NCBI GenBank assembly: GCA_964016885.1
Contig: OZ024741.1
Coordinates: 391,592,001-391,656,000, forward strand
Reading direction: 5' to 3'
From: Eledone cirrhosa
Taxonomy: Eukaryota
DNA length: 64,000 bases
In this document: piece by piece, positions 1 to 12,733 of the stretch
Layout: each line of letters starts with the position of its first letter
Position numbering within the stretch: position 1 is the first letter of the stretch
Position numbers and translations under genes: made by a program
Notes under the pieces: model-generated
What the model saw: the letters and a program-made list of their open reading frames with translations, nothing else
Database searches by the model: none
Told to the model about the DNA's origin: nothing

Positions 1-54
1 TATAAAGAAACAAAGAAAGAAAGAGCTTGAGTTGAACAAAGATAGAAAGATAGG

Positions 55-86
<32 letters not shown>

Positions 87-134
87 AAGAAAGAAAGAAA
101 GAAAGAGCTTGAGTTGAACAAAGATAGAAAGATA

Positions 135-195
<61 letters not shown>

Positions 196-319
196 GAAGA
201 AAGAGAGAAAGAAAGAAAGAAAGATAGAAAGAAAGAAAGAAAGAAAGAAAGAGCTTGAGTTGAACAAAGATAGAAAGATAGGAAGAAAGAAAGAAAGAAA
301 GATAGAAAGATAGAAAGAT

Positions 320-398
<79 letters not shown>

Positions 399-447
399 GC
401 TTGAGTTGAACAAAGATAGAAAGATAGGAAGAAAGAAAGAAGAAAAA

Positions 448-499
<52 letters not shown>

Positions 500-838
500 G
501 CTTGATAGGAAGAAAGAAAGAAAAAAGAAAGAAAGAAAGAAAGAAAGAAAGAGCTTGAGTTGAACAAAGATAGAAAGATAGGAAGAAAGAAAGAAGAAAA
601 AAGGAAAGAAAGAAAGAAAGAAAGAAAAAAAAAGAAAGAAAGAAAGAAAGAGCTTGAGTTGAACAAAGATAGAAAGATAGGAAGAAAGAAGAAAAAAAGA
701 AAGAAAGAAAGAGCTTGAGTTGAACAAAGATAGAAAGATAGGAAGAAAGAAAGAAGAAAAAAGTAAGAAAGAAAGAGCTTGAGTTGAACAAAGATCGAAA
801 GATAGGAAGAAAGATAGAAAGAAAGAAAGAAAGATTGA
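1..838. repeat. Complex (GAAA)n/(TTTC)n minisatellite with recurring motif GAGCTTGAGTTGAACAAAGATAGAAAGATAGGAAG; runs off the window start
   Basis: About 8 motif copies separated by variable (GAAA)n tracts; directly abuts the 3' end of Tx1 copy A. Confidence 0.95.
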
Positions 839-1104
839 TATGTTTCTTTTATTTGCCACCAGGGCATCAAAAGTGGGACAAGTACAATGGGGGGAGTTTA
901 CAAAACAAGGCGTCCTCAATAAGGAGGAGGCAATAACAATATATAAAAATAAAATAAAATATAACAAAAAATATAATTTATAACAAAGTCCTCAATAGAG
1001 AGGAGGCGCCTTGGGGGGTCGCACACACCCCCGAAAAAAGTGTGCAACCCTTCTCCTCAGGAGCACAGAGAAGGGGTGCTCCCTTGGTCTTTCATCTTCC
1101 TCAC

Positions 1105-3951
1105 CTATAGTCTGATGTAGAGTGAAGGCCCATTCACACGGGCCATTCTCGCCACTTTCACCCATCTTTCATAGAAACGGCTGGGGTGCAGCACCTCTCT
1201 CTCCATCCTGATCCTTCTTCCGAAATGATATCGGAAGAAACGGACCAGTTGTTGGCCAGAGAGAAAGGTGTCTGACCTCAGTCCTTTCAGACGCGTCCAC
1301 CATACAACCTCTTTCGCCATGGCTATTACGCACAGAAACACCGCCTCTCCTTCGTTTTTGAAGAGGGGAGGCGGCTTGATCGTTACAATAGACTCGGTGG
1401 TCAACCGGATCGGTCCCACCCTTGACAGCAGTTGTTCGACATAGCCCCACAGATCGGCAATGCCCGAGCAGTGTACCAATGCGTGTGCAACGGTTTCCTC
1501 GTCGCACACGCATCTGGGACAGATCTTTTTCGATGGGTCCCTACCCCGGCGCCCGTGTCTGTAGAGCCTTTCTCGAGCGGGCAGAGCCCTTCTGTAGCAT
1601 TGCCAGGCCAGGGACCTCTGGAAGTTATCCATGGGTCCCGGGCTGAATGTCCTACCGAACAGGTTGGCCAGTTCGTCTTCCTCCATGCCTAGGGCTTCTC
1701 CGAGAGCGTCGCCGCACCTACTAACCACCAGCCCTCTATAGAATGACGAGGTGGATTCTCCACTGACACCCGGGTCCGCCTGCCAGAGAGCCGTGAGCGC
1801 CTGGGCACACTCGGTGTGCCAGGCGCCCAGTTTTCTCGGTCTTTGCTTGACCTAGGATTGCAGCTCGGTGAGTGAGACGAGTCTGGGAAAGGCTCGCCTC
1901 ACAAACGGGGCCCACACCGGTTGACCGGAGAGGAATACCTGAAGGTGCCGTAGCCTTAATGCGTCTTTACGTATCATTAGCCACGGCATCCCCAGCCCTC
2001 CTTTCGAAGGGTGTTGACAGCAGATGGATCTCCTCACCATAGGAGCCCGCTTCTTCCAAAGGAATTGGAAGAGTGCGCGCTCCATTTTGGCGAGCGTTTC
2101 CCTTGGGCAAGGCACAATGGTCAGGCGGTAGTAGATGACGGACGCTATATAAGTGTTCGCCACCTCCGCCCGACCTTTCAGGGACAGTTTGCACTCGGCC
2201 CACTTCTGGGTCAGTGCAAACACCCTGTTCGTCACCTCACCCCAGTTCTTCTCCACCTGGAGGTCTGGTCCGAACCAGACCCCGAGCAACTTCACCGGGC
2301 CCTCCGTCCAGCGCCCGACGACGCCATCGGAGGGCATCGATCTTCCCCTCCACGTGCCGAGTTGCAGACCGATCGACTTGTCCCGGTTCAGCTTAACCCC
2401 TGTAAACCTTTCGTACTCCTCCAGTAAGGTGCCGATCGCCCCGATTTCCGAGGCCGTCGACACCATTACTGTTACGTCATCGGCGTAGGCTGACACCGCT
2501 TTCCGCAATCCCGGTTCCAACGGGATGCCCTGCAACAACTGCAACTTCCGCAGCAGTGGTTCTAGAGTCATTACATACAGAAGGGAGGAGAGAGGGCACC
2601 CCTGTCGGATGGACCGCGCGATTTCGAACGGCTCCGGCTCCTCGCAGGACTTCGCCTCCCTGTCCGAGAGGCGCGGCAGGCCGTCGAGGTATGGACCGAA
2701 GTCCACGTCCCCAACCGGCCCCCCGCCCCTTCCGAACAATCCGGCAAAGTGCTTTTGAAAAGCCTCGCGCATCTGCTTAGGTTCAAGGATCACCCGTCCA
2801 TCCTGGTCTCGCAAAGACCGGATAGTGGATCTGCTCCCTCTTTTGGCTTCTGTCACGCGGGCCCAGCTAACAGCTTTGGTCCCCTCGTTTCCCAGAGCAC
2901 GTATTTTGCTTCGGATGATGCAGCCTTCGTGTTTCGCGTCGAAGAACTGGCCCAGGGCCGTTCTCGACGCTAGCACTCTGGCCACGTCGCCGCTTCTAAT
3001 TGCCTCTTCTACACTATCTACCAACTCCTTTTCCTTCCTATTTCTATTGGAGGCTAACTCCTTACTAAATTCTATAGAGACTACTCTAATCTCTCTTTTG
3101 AGAGATCCCCACCACCTGCTGTTGACGATGGCGCCCGTCAACCGCTCCTTAACTAAAGTGCTAATCCGGTCCCTGTAAGCCTTACTTGCCGGTAAGGACA
3201 AGTTGAGCTTCCAGTAACCGGGTCCCTGTCTATGAGTTCTGTCAAGGTTGATCATGCAGGTCACTAACTTGTGGTCTGAATAGCCAACCATGCGCATTTT
3301 TGGACAACTTAAAAAGTCCTTATCCTTAATTCTAACTAAGAACCTATCTAGGTACGACCTAGATGATCCGCTACGATTTGCCCAAGTCCAGGTTGGCGCA
3401 GTCGGAAAATCTAGTCGATATCTATCGGCCAGGTCAAATCGACCGATTAACCCTTTGAGGCTTTTACACCCCTCTCTATCGGGACAGGCCCCTACGTAGT
3501 CCCAGCGTGCATCTAGGATACCATTCCAGTCCCCCACTAATAGCAAGGAGCGGGACGTCCCTAGAAAAGTCTCCAGACGATGGAAGAAGTCCGGCCGCAT
3601 TGACCCGAAAGGGCCGTAGGCGGCTACCAACCTAAACGCTCCGCCTTTACTACTGTCAAGGTCCAGAACCACTAGTCGACCCTCCGGGTCCAAATGTACC
3701 ATCTGTGTTGCGAGACCCAGATGTTTTTGCAGCAGAACGACAACTCCACCCCCACCTCCGGGCTGACAGAGAGATGCGTGCATCTCAAAGTCATCAAAGG
3801 TGGGGGCCAGCTGTCGCACGTTGCTGATCCGGGCCTCGCAAATAACCATCACATCTATACGTTGTGACCTGAGGTCATTTAGAAGCATTGCTTGCTTCCA
3901 AGTTGAGCCCTGGCCACGCGCATTTAAACAGCCTACTCTTAGCATAGCCAT
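1105..3951 (-). pseudogene. ORF2 (APE endonuclease + reverse transcriptase) of Tx1 copy A, with a 591-bp in-frame deletion and a premature stop
   Basis: APE motifs GCLNARG, GDWN, LDRF, SDH; Tx1-typical GPGYWKLN; RT motifs RQGCPLS and YADD; C-terminal CPRC...ETVAHALVHC. TAG at 1852-1854 replaces the Trp of copies B and C. Confidence 0.92.
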
Positions 3952-3975
3952 GTTGGTGGTGAAGAGAAAAGGCAC

Positions 3976-5744
3976 TTACCTCTCTGCGTCCCGGGTATCG
4001 GGCTGCACAATTTCCATTAGGGTGGGGATGGGTTGTTGGGTGGGGTGGTGGTTTGTGGAAGTGTAGGGGCATCAGTGTGTTGTGTGGTTGGGGAGCTTGG
4101 AGTTGTGTGGGTGTTTGGGGAGGGGGTGGGGTAGTTTTTTAGGAGGACGCGGTTAATGGGCCCGACGCAGGGGGGACCCACGTCCTCTTTAAAATTGTTT
4201 TTTAAAGTTTTATAGGTGTCCTGTGGGGCCTTAATCATTTTGAGGTGGGGTAAATCCCCTGCCTGGGTGAAGTTAGGCCCTTGTGTTTTTATTAGATTGC
4301 TGTTGTACACAATGTTTAACAGTTTTTTGTTTCTTGTGTTTATGTATGTGTATGCATGTTTTTGTTTTTGTGTGGTGTTTTTTGTTTGCTGTTGTTGTGA
4401 GCTCTTTTGTGTTGGTGTCAGTGTTATGTTTTGGGGAGGGGTTGTTTTCATTTGTGTGTCTGAGGTGTGTTTTCTTTTTTTTCTTTTGATTGTGTGGAAG
4501 TGCTCCTCCTCGTCTGACGACGAACTAGGGTCATCTTCCGCGTTGGAGGGGAGGGGTATATTTTCGGGTTGTGTTTGCGGTGCGGGTGTTTTGGAAATTG
4601 TTTTTGTTTTTTGAGTGGAGGGGATGGGTTGGACATTGTTTTGTTTTGGTTTGAGCTGTGGTGGTTGTTTTTGTAGTGGTAGTTGTGGTGATTGTGTTGG
4701 TTGTGCAGTTGTTGGTGGTGTAGGCAGGATTGGGGTTTTCTTATTAAGTTGGGGACAGACAGCCCTCAGGTGACCTCTGGTTCCGCAGAGGTTACACGAG
4801 GTAATGTTGATGAAGGTAATGTTGATGAAGGTTAGATCATCCAGTATGACGCGTTCAGGGATCTGGGCGATCCTTTCGGGCCTCATTTGAACTACAAGTT
4901 CGAGGCTCGTTCCACTGAACGCGTCACCCGATGCCTTTCCCATGGATACCAGCATGTCATCCTCCAGGTCCAGGAAACCTGTCAAAACCCACCATATGTC
5001 CATAATCGGCAGGATGGTGTGGATTTTTATTTTTTGTGTTCTTCTACCCATGTACGTAGGGTAGAAGGTGTATGCGGTGGATGTGATTGGTTTGATGGAT
5101 AGTTTCACTGCTGTGTCCCTGTCCTTCATGAGAATCGATAGACTCCCGTAGAGTCTATCCTTCTGAATGAAGGTGATGTCCTTCATGACGTCTTTTAAAA
5201 CCAGCTCTATCTCACTCTGTGATGGTTGAGCTGGTTTTTTACTTTTATTCGAGATTGTCCTAAACATGACCGTGTTTAGGAGTCTCTGGCTTTTTAGTTC
5301 CGGGGGGGGAATGGATTGTGAATGAACCATTTTCCCCGTACACTATATATTTTTTTGCATCTGCCAGTAGCTCCTTCGCTTTGGTTATATCTACTGGCAG
5401 ATAGTCGAGGGTTTTCCTTGTCGTCTCGGCGAAGGAGAAATTTTGTTTGTTTGTTTTGTTGTTGTCGTTGGTGGTGTTGTTGTCACAGTTATTGGTCTTG
5501 TTGTTGTTGTTATTTTTATTGGTGTTGTTTTCGTCCGTCGCATTGTTGTTGTTGCTGTTGCTGGTGCGCTGGTTCTTTGGGTTGTTGCCATGGCAACGTC
5601 AAGTTGTCGGTTAACAGGTGGAGAGAATTCTTCCTCTGGCTGACCTTTCTTATTGACCTCTGCTACTGTGACAGTGGCAGGGGGAAGCTGTAAGTTTATC
5701 TTCCCCTTTCCTCCTTCGAATTTTGGTGAAGAAGCTTCGGCCAT
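3976..5744 (-). pseudogene. ORF1 (gag-like nucleic-acid-binding protein) of Tx1 copy A, frameshifted
   Basis: Starts MAEASSPKF; zinc knuckle CNLCGTRGHLRAVC; KRKKRKH basic patch; ends MEIVQPDTRDAER*. Segments in different frames align with ORF1 of copy C (AKKYIVYGENG vs AKQYITQGENG). Confidence 0.85.
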
Positions 5745-5965
5745 TTTAAAAAATATTGACTTTTCAACAAGAAAAAACTTTTTTTTTTTTTTTTGTTTAA
5801 CTATTTCGCTTAAAGGCGTAGAATATTTTGAGAGACTGACCAGATCAAAGTTTGACCTGGCAGTCCCTCTACAAAATGGTACAAAAATTAAAGTTAACAG
5901 ACAAGAATTTCTATAGAAATTTAAACAGAACTTACTCAGCAAGTTATACGCGTGTGTCCATCCCA

Positions 5966-5984
5966 GATAGATAGATAGAAAGAT

Positions 5985-6015
<31 letters not shown>

Positions 6016-6267
6016 AGAAAGAAGAAAGAAAGAAAGAAAGAAGGAAAGAAAGAAAGAGCTTGAGTTGAACAAAGATAGAAAGATAGGAAGAAAGAAAGAA
6101 GAAAAAAGAAAGATAGAAAGAAAGACAGAAAGAAAGAGCTTGAGTTGAACAAAGATAGAAAGATAGGAAGAAAGAAAGAAGAAAAAAAGAAAGATAGAAA
6201 GAAAGACAGAAAGAAAGAGCTTGAGTTGAACAAAGATAGAAAGATAGGAAGAAAGAAAGAAGAAAAA

Positions 6268-6307
<40 letters not shown>

Positions 6308-6436
6308 GCTTGAGTTGAACAAAGATAGAAAGATAGGAAGAAAGAAAGAAGAAAAAAGAAAGATAGAAAGAAAGACAGAAAGAAAGAGCTTGAGTTGAAC
6401 AAAGATAGAAAGATAGGAAGAAAGAAAGAAGAAAAA

Positions 6437-6480
<44 letters not shown>

Positions 6481-6763
6481 GCTTGAGTTGAACAAAGAAA
6501 GAGCTTGATAGGAAGAAAGAAAGAAGAAAAAAAGAAAGAAAGAAAGAAAGAAAGAAAGAGCTTGAGTTGAACAAAGATAGAAAGATAGGATGAAAGAAAG
6601 AAGAAAAAAAGAAAGAAAGAAAGAAAGATAGAGCTTGAGTTGAACAAAGATAGAAAGATAGGAAGAAAGATAGAAAGAAAGAAAGAAAGAAAGGAAGAAA
6701 GAAAGAAAGAAAGAGCTTGAGTTGAACAAAGATAGAAAGATAGGAAGAAAGAAAGAAGAAAAA

Positions 6764-6795
<32 letters not shown>

Positions 6796-7051
6796 GCTTG
6801 AGTTGAACAAAGAAAGAGCTTGATAGGAAGAAAGAAAGAAGAAAAAAAGAAAGAAAGAAAGAAAGAAAGAGCTTGAGTTGAACAAAGATAGAAAGATAGG
6901 AAGAAAGAAAGAAGAAAAAAAGAAAGAAAGAAAGAAAGATAGAGCTTGAGTTGAACAAAGATAGAAAGATAGGAAGAAAGATAGAAAGAAAGAAAGAAAG
7001 AAAAGAAGAAAGAAAGAAAGAAAGCTTGATTTGAACAAAGATAGAAAGATA

Positions 7052-7089
<38 letters not shown>

Positions 7090-7115
7090 AAGATAGAAAG
7101 ATAGAAAGAAAGATA

Positions 7116-7153
<38 letters not shown>

Positions 7154-7193
7154 AAGAAAGAAAGAGCTTGAGTTGAACAAAGATAGAAAGATA

Positions 7194-7231
<38 letters not shown>

Positions 7232-7257
7232 AAGATAGAAAGATAGAAAGAAAGATA

Positions 7258-7299
<42 letters not shown>

Positions 7300-7597
7300 A
7301 AGAAAGAAAGAGCTTGAGTTGAACAAAGATAGAAAGATAGGAAGAAAGAAAGAAAGAAGAAAAAAGAAAGAAAGAAAGAAAGAAAGAGCTTGAGTTGAAC
7401 AAAGATAGAAAGATAGGAAGAAAGAAAGAAGAAAAAAGGAAAGAAAGAAAGAAAGAAAGAAAGAGCTTGAGTTGAACAAAGATAGAAAGATAGAAAGAAA
7501 GAAGAAAAAAGAAAGAAAGATAGGAAGAAAGAAAGAAGAAAAAAGAAAGAAAGAAAGAGCTTGAGTTGAACAAAGATAGAAAGATAGGAAGAAAGAT

Positions 7598-7630
<33 letters not shown>
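5966..7630. repeat. Complex (GAAA)n minisatellite with the same motif, between Tx1 copies A and B
   Basis: About 18 motif copies counted by eye. Confidence 0.95.
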
Positions 7631-7634
<4 letters not shown>

Positions 7635-10600
7635 TGTTTCTTTTATTTGCCACCAGGGCATCAAAAGTGGGACAAGTACAAAGGGGGAGTTTACACAAAA
7701 AGGCGTCCTCAATAAGGAGGAGGCAATAACAAAATATAAAAATAAAATAAAATATAACAAAAAATAAAATTTATAACAAAATCCTCAATAGAGAGGAGGC
7801 GCCTTGGGGGGTCGCACACACCCCCGAAAAAAGTGTGCAACCCTTTTCCTCAGGAGCACAGAGAGGGGGTGCTCCCTCGTTCCTTCCTCTTTTCCACCTA
7901 CAGGCTTATGTAAAGAGAAGGCCCATTCACACGGGCCATTCTCGCCACTTTCACCCACCTTTCATAAAAACGACTGGGGTGGAGCACCTCTCTCTCTCCA
8001 TCCTGATCTTTCTTCCGAAATGATATCGGAAGAAACGGACCAGTTGTTGGCCAGAGAGAAAGGTGCCTGACCTCAGTCCTTTCAGACGCGTCCACCATAC
8101 AACCTCTTTCGCCATGGCTATTACGCACAGAAACACCGCCTCTGCTTCATCTTTGAAGGGGGGAGGCGGCTTGATCATTACAATAGACTCGGTGGTCAAC
8201 CGGATCGGTCCCACCCTTGACAGCAGTTGTTCGACATAGCCCCACAGATCGGCTACGCCCGAGCAGTGTACCAATGCGTGTGCAACGGTTTCCTCGTCGC
8301 ACACGCATCTGGGACAGATCTTTTTGGCGGGGTCCCTACCCGGGCGCCCGTGTCTGTAGAGCCTTTCTCGAACGGGTAAAGCACCTCGGTAGCACTGCCA
8401 GGCCAGGGACTTCTGGAAGTTGTCCATAGGTCCCGGGCTGAATGTCCTACCGAACAGGCTGGCCAGTTCGTCCTCCTCCATGTCTAGGGCTTCTCCGAGG
8501 GCGTCGTCGCACCTGCTGCGAACCAGCCCTCTATAGAATGTTGCGGTGGAGTCTCCACTGATAACCGCATCCGCCTGCCAGAGGGCGGTGAGCGCCTGGG
8601 CACACTCAGTGTGCCAGGCGCCCAGTTTTCTCGGTCTTTGCTTGACCCAGGATTGCAGCTCGGTGAGTGAGACGAGTCTGGGAAAGGTTCGTCTCACAAA
8701 CGAGGCCCACACCGGTTGTCCGGTGAGGAATACGTAGAGGTGCCGTAGCCTTAATGCGTGCTTACGCATCATTAGCCACGGCATCCCCAGCCCTCCTTTC
8801 GAAGGGTGTTGACAGCAGATGGATCTCCTCACCATAGGAGCCCGCCTCTTCGAAAGGAATTGGAAGAGCGCGCGCTCCATCTTGGTGAGGGTTTCCCTTG
8901 GGCAGGGCACAACGGTCAGGCGGTAGTAGATGACGGACACTATATAAGTGTTCGCCACCTCCGCCCGACCTTTCAGGGATAGTTTGCAACTGGCCCACTT
9001 CTGGGTCAGTGCAAACTCCCTGTTCGTAACCTCCGCCCAGTTTTTCTCCACCTGGAGGTCCGGTCCGAACCAGACCCCGAGCAACTTCACCGGGCCCTCC
9101 GTCCAGCGTCCGACGACGCCATCGGAGGGCATCGGTCTGCCCCTCCACGTGCCGAGTTGCAAACCGATCGACTTGTCCCGGTTCAGCTTAGCCCCTGTGA
9201 ACTTTTCGTACTCCTCCAGTAAGGTGCCGACCGCCTCGATTTCGGAGGCCGTCGACACCATTACTGTCACGTCATCGGCGTAGGCTGACACCGCTTTCCG
9301 CAATCCCGGTTCCAAAGGGATGCCCTGCAACAACTCCAACTTCCGCAGTAGTGGCTCGAGAGTCAACACATACAGAAGGGAGGAGAGAGGGCACCCTTGT
9401 CGGATGGACCGCGCGATTTTGAACGGCTCCGAGAGGTAGCCGTTCACCTTGACCCTAGAGCAGATGCGGCTGCTGTGCATAGCAGTGATCCAGCCCCTGA
9501 AAACGGGTCCGAAGCCTGTCGCCGCTAGCACCGCATCCAGGTAACCATGGTCGACCCTATCGAACGCCTTAGATTGATCCAAGTTGATCAGAGCCCCACC
9601 AAAGCCGGGTTCGTTCCCAACCCTCTCTATGATGTATCGCATGAGGTGGAGGTTGTCATGGATGGACCTGGACGGGATAGCGCATGTCTGCGCATCTCCC
9701 ACCAGGTTGCCCACGACAAGCGCCAACCTCTTTGCTAGCACCTTGGCCAAAATCTGTAACTCTGTATTTAGCAGAGTTATGGGCCTGAAGTTACTTATTT
9801 CGTCCCCCTTGTTCTCGTCCTTCCTCACTAGCGTGACTACGCCCTTGGTCACAGTACAGGGAATTCTCCCGTTCTGTTGCCAGTTGCAGTAGACCGCCTC
9901 GAGGAGATCGGGGAACAAGTCCGGCATAGCTAGATATAATTCGTAAGGAAGACCATCGAGACCCGGGGATTTGCGTTTGCCGCATTGGCTCAGCACGTCC
10001 TCTATCTCAGCGGCCGAAATCGGCTCCTCGCAGGACTTCGCCTCCCTGTCCGAGAGGCGCGGCAGGCCGTCGAGGTATGGACCGAAGTCCACGTTCCCAA
10101 CCGGCTCCCCGCCCCTCCCGAACAGTCGGGCAAAGTGCCTTTGAAAGGCCTCACACATCTGCATAGGCTCAAGAATCGCCCGTCCATCCAGGTCTCGCAA
10201 AGACCGGATGGTGGATTTAGTTCCACTGTTGGCCTCTGTCACGCGGGCCCAGCTAACAGCTTTGGTCCCCTCGTTCCCTAGAGCACGTATTTTACTTCGG
10301 ACAACGCAGCCTTCGTGCTTCGCGTCGAAAAACTGGCTCAAAGCCGTTCTCGACGCTAGCACTCTGGCCACGTCGCCGCTTCTAATTGCCTCTTCTACTC
10401 TATCTATTAGCTCCCTTTCCTTCCTATTCCTATCCGCAGCTAGAACCTTACTAAATTCTATCGAGACTACTCTAATCTCTCTCTTTAGAGATACCCACCA
10501 CCTGCTGTTGACGATCGCTCCAGTCAACCGTTCCTTAACTAACGTACTAATCCGATTCCTGTAGGCTCTACTTGCCGGCAAGGACAAGTTGAGCTTCCAG

Positions 10601-10692
10601 TAACCGGGGCCCTGTCTATGCGTTCTATCAAGGTTGACCATGCAGGTCACCAACTTGTGGTCTGAATAGCCAACCATGAGCATTTCTGGACA
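7631..10692 (-). mobile_element. Tx1 copy B, 5'-truncated at the end of the APE domain
   Basis: Begins [12 protein letters not shown]; complete RT (KSPGLDG, NFRPITLLN, LDQSKAFDRV, RQGCPLS, YADD); frameshift near the C-terminus (~7990); 3'UTR very similar to copy A; AATAAA at 7642-7647. Confidence 0.93.
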
Positions 10693-10801
10693 GAAAGATA
10701 GGAAGAGAGAAAGAGGAAAAAAAGAAAGATAGAAAGAAAGACAGAGAGAAAGAGCTTGAGTTGAACAAAGATAGAAAGATAGGAAGGAAGAAAGAAGAAA
10801 A

Positions 10802-10837
<36 letters not shown>

Positions 10838-10886
10838 GCTTGAGTTGAACAAAGATAGAAAGATAGGAAGAAAGAAAGAAGAAAAA

Positions 10887-10922
<36 letters not shown>

Positions 10923-10970
10923 GCTTGAGTTGAACAAAGATAGAAAGATAGGAAGAAAGAAAGAAGAAAA

Positions 10971-11003
<33 letters not shown>

Positions 11004-11008
11004 AAGAT

Positions 11009-11042
<34 letters not shown>

Positions 11043-11127
11043 GAAGAAAGAAAGAAAGAAAGAAAGATATAAAGAAAGAAAGAAAGAAAGAAAGAAAGAG
11101 CTTGAGTAGAACAAAGATAGAAAGATA

Positions 11128-11172
<45 letters not shown>

Positions 11173-11569
11173 GAAGAAAGAAAGAAAGAAAGATAGAAAG
11201 AAAGAAAGAAAGAAAGAAAGAGCTTGAGTTGAACAAAGATAGAAAGATAGGAAGAAAGAAAGAAAGAAAGAGCTTGATAGGAAGACAGAAAGAAGAAAAA
11301 AAGAAAGAAAGAAAGAGCTTGAGTTGAACAAAGATAGAAAGATAGGAAGAAAGAAAGAAGAAAAAAAGAAAGAAAGAAAGAGCTTGAGTTGAACAAAGAT
11401 AGAAAGATAGGAAGAAAGAAAGAAGAAAAAAAGAAAGAAAGAAAGAAAGAAAGAGCTTGAGTTGAACAAAGATAGAAAGATAGGAAGAAAGAAAGAAGAA
11501 AAAAGAAAGAAAGAAAGAAAGAAAGAAAGAGCTTGAGTTGAACAAAGATAGAAAGATAGGAAGAAAGAT

Positions 11570-11607
<38 letters not shown>

Positions 11608-11642
11608 CTAGAAAGATAGAAAGAAAGAAAGAAAGAAAAATA

Positions 11643-11679
<37 letters not shown>

Positions 11680-11778
11680 GAAGAAAGAAAGAAAGAAAGA
11701 AAGATAGAAAGAAAGAAAGAAAGAGCTTGAGTTGAACAAAGATAGAAAGATAGGAAGAAAGAAAGAAAGAAAGAATGA

Positions 11779-11814
<36 letters not shown>

Positions 11815-12151
11815 GCTTGATAGGAAGAAAGAAAGAAAGAAAAAAAGAAAGAAAGAAAGAAAGAGCTTGAGTTGAACAAAGATAGAAAGATAGGAAGAAA
11901 GAAGAAAAAAAGAAAGAAAGGAAGAAAGAAAGAAAGAGCTTGATAGGAAGAAAGAAAGAAAGAAAAAAAGAAAGAAAGAAAGAAAGAGCTTGAGTTGAAC
12001 AAAGATAGAAAGATAGGAAGAAAGAAGAAAAAAAGAAAGAAAGGAAGAAAGAAATAAAGAAAGAAAGAAAGAAAGAAAGAAGGAAAGAAAGAAAGAAAGA
12101 AAGAGCTTGATAGGAAGAAAGAAAGAAAGAAAAAAGAAAGAAAGAAAGAAA

Positions 12152-12229
<78 letters not shown>

Positions 12230-12237
12230 GCTTGATA

Positions 12238-12279
<42 letters not shown>

Positions 12280-12287
12280 GCTTGATA

Positions 12288-12333
<46 letters not shown>

Positions 12334-12396
12334 GCTTGAGTTGAACAAAGATAGAAAGATAGGAAGAAAGATAGAAAGAAAGAAAGAAAGATAGAT

Positions 12397-12455
<59 letters not shown>

Positions 12456-12515
12456 AAGATAGAAGGATAGAAAGAAAGAAAGATAGAAAGAAAGATAGGA
12501 AGAAAGGTAGAAAGA
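10693..12515. repeat. Complex (GAAA)n minisatellite with the same motif plus the short variant GAGCTTGATAGGAAG, between copies B and C
   Basis: About 13 full motifs plus several short variants, the latter concentrated at 11810-12290. Confidence 0.95.
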
Positions 12516-12733
12516 TATATTTCTTTATTTACCATAAAGACACAAAAAGAAGGGACAAATACAAGGGGGAGTTTACATAAAATTGAGTAAAGAGGGTATA
12601 AAATGAAAATAATCGAAAACAACCTCAAAAGGGAGGGGACGTGATGGGGGTTGCACACACCCCTGAAAAGGTGTGCAATCCTTTGCCCGGGGGGCACATG
12701 GAGGAGGTGCTCCCCTCTCCTTCACTTCTTTAC

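Larger units (their letters stand above)
839..5965 (-). mobile_element. Tx1/L1-clade non-LTR retrotransposon, copy A (both ends present, internally deleted, defective)
   Basis: 5'UTR, ORF1 with CCHC knuckle, ORF2 APE-RT-Cys-rich tail, 3'UTR with AATAAA (848-853 on minus strand), then (TTTC)n. Confidence 0.93.

Noticed and set aside
3970-3985. Splice-donor-like AG/GTAAGT (and AG/GTAGGT at ~16205) just upstream of ORF2
   Set aside because: Explained by the conserved ORF1 end, Arg codon plus stop (..AER*); no evidence of splicing.
1-12515. CRISPR-like look of a constant motif with variable spacers
   Set aside because: Spacers are only (GAAA)n length variants; eukaryotic context; no cas genes.
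5391-12697. Long F/L/S-rich ORFs (545-1172 aa), including an apparent fusion to the RT
   Set aside because: Stop-free translations of the (TTTC)n minisatellite. The 1172-aa ORF is repeat sequence running by chance in frame into truncated copy B.
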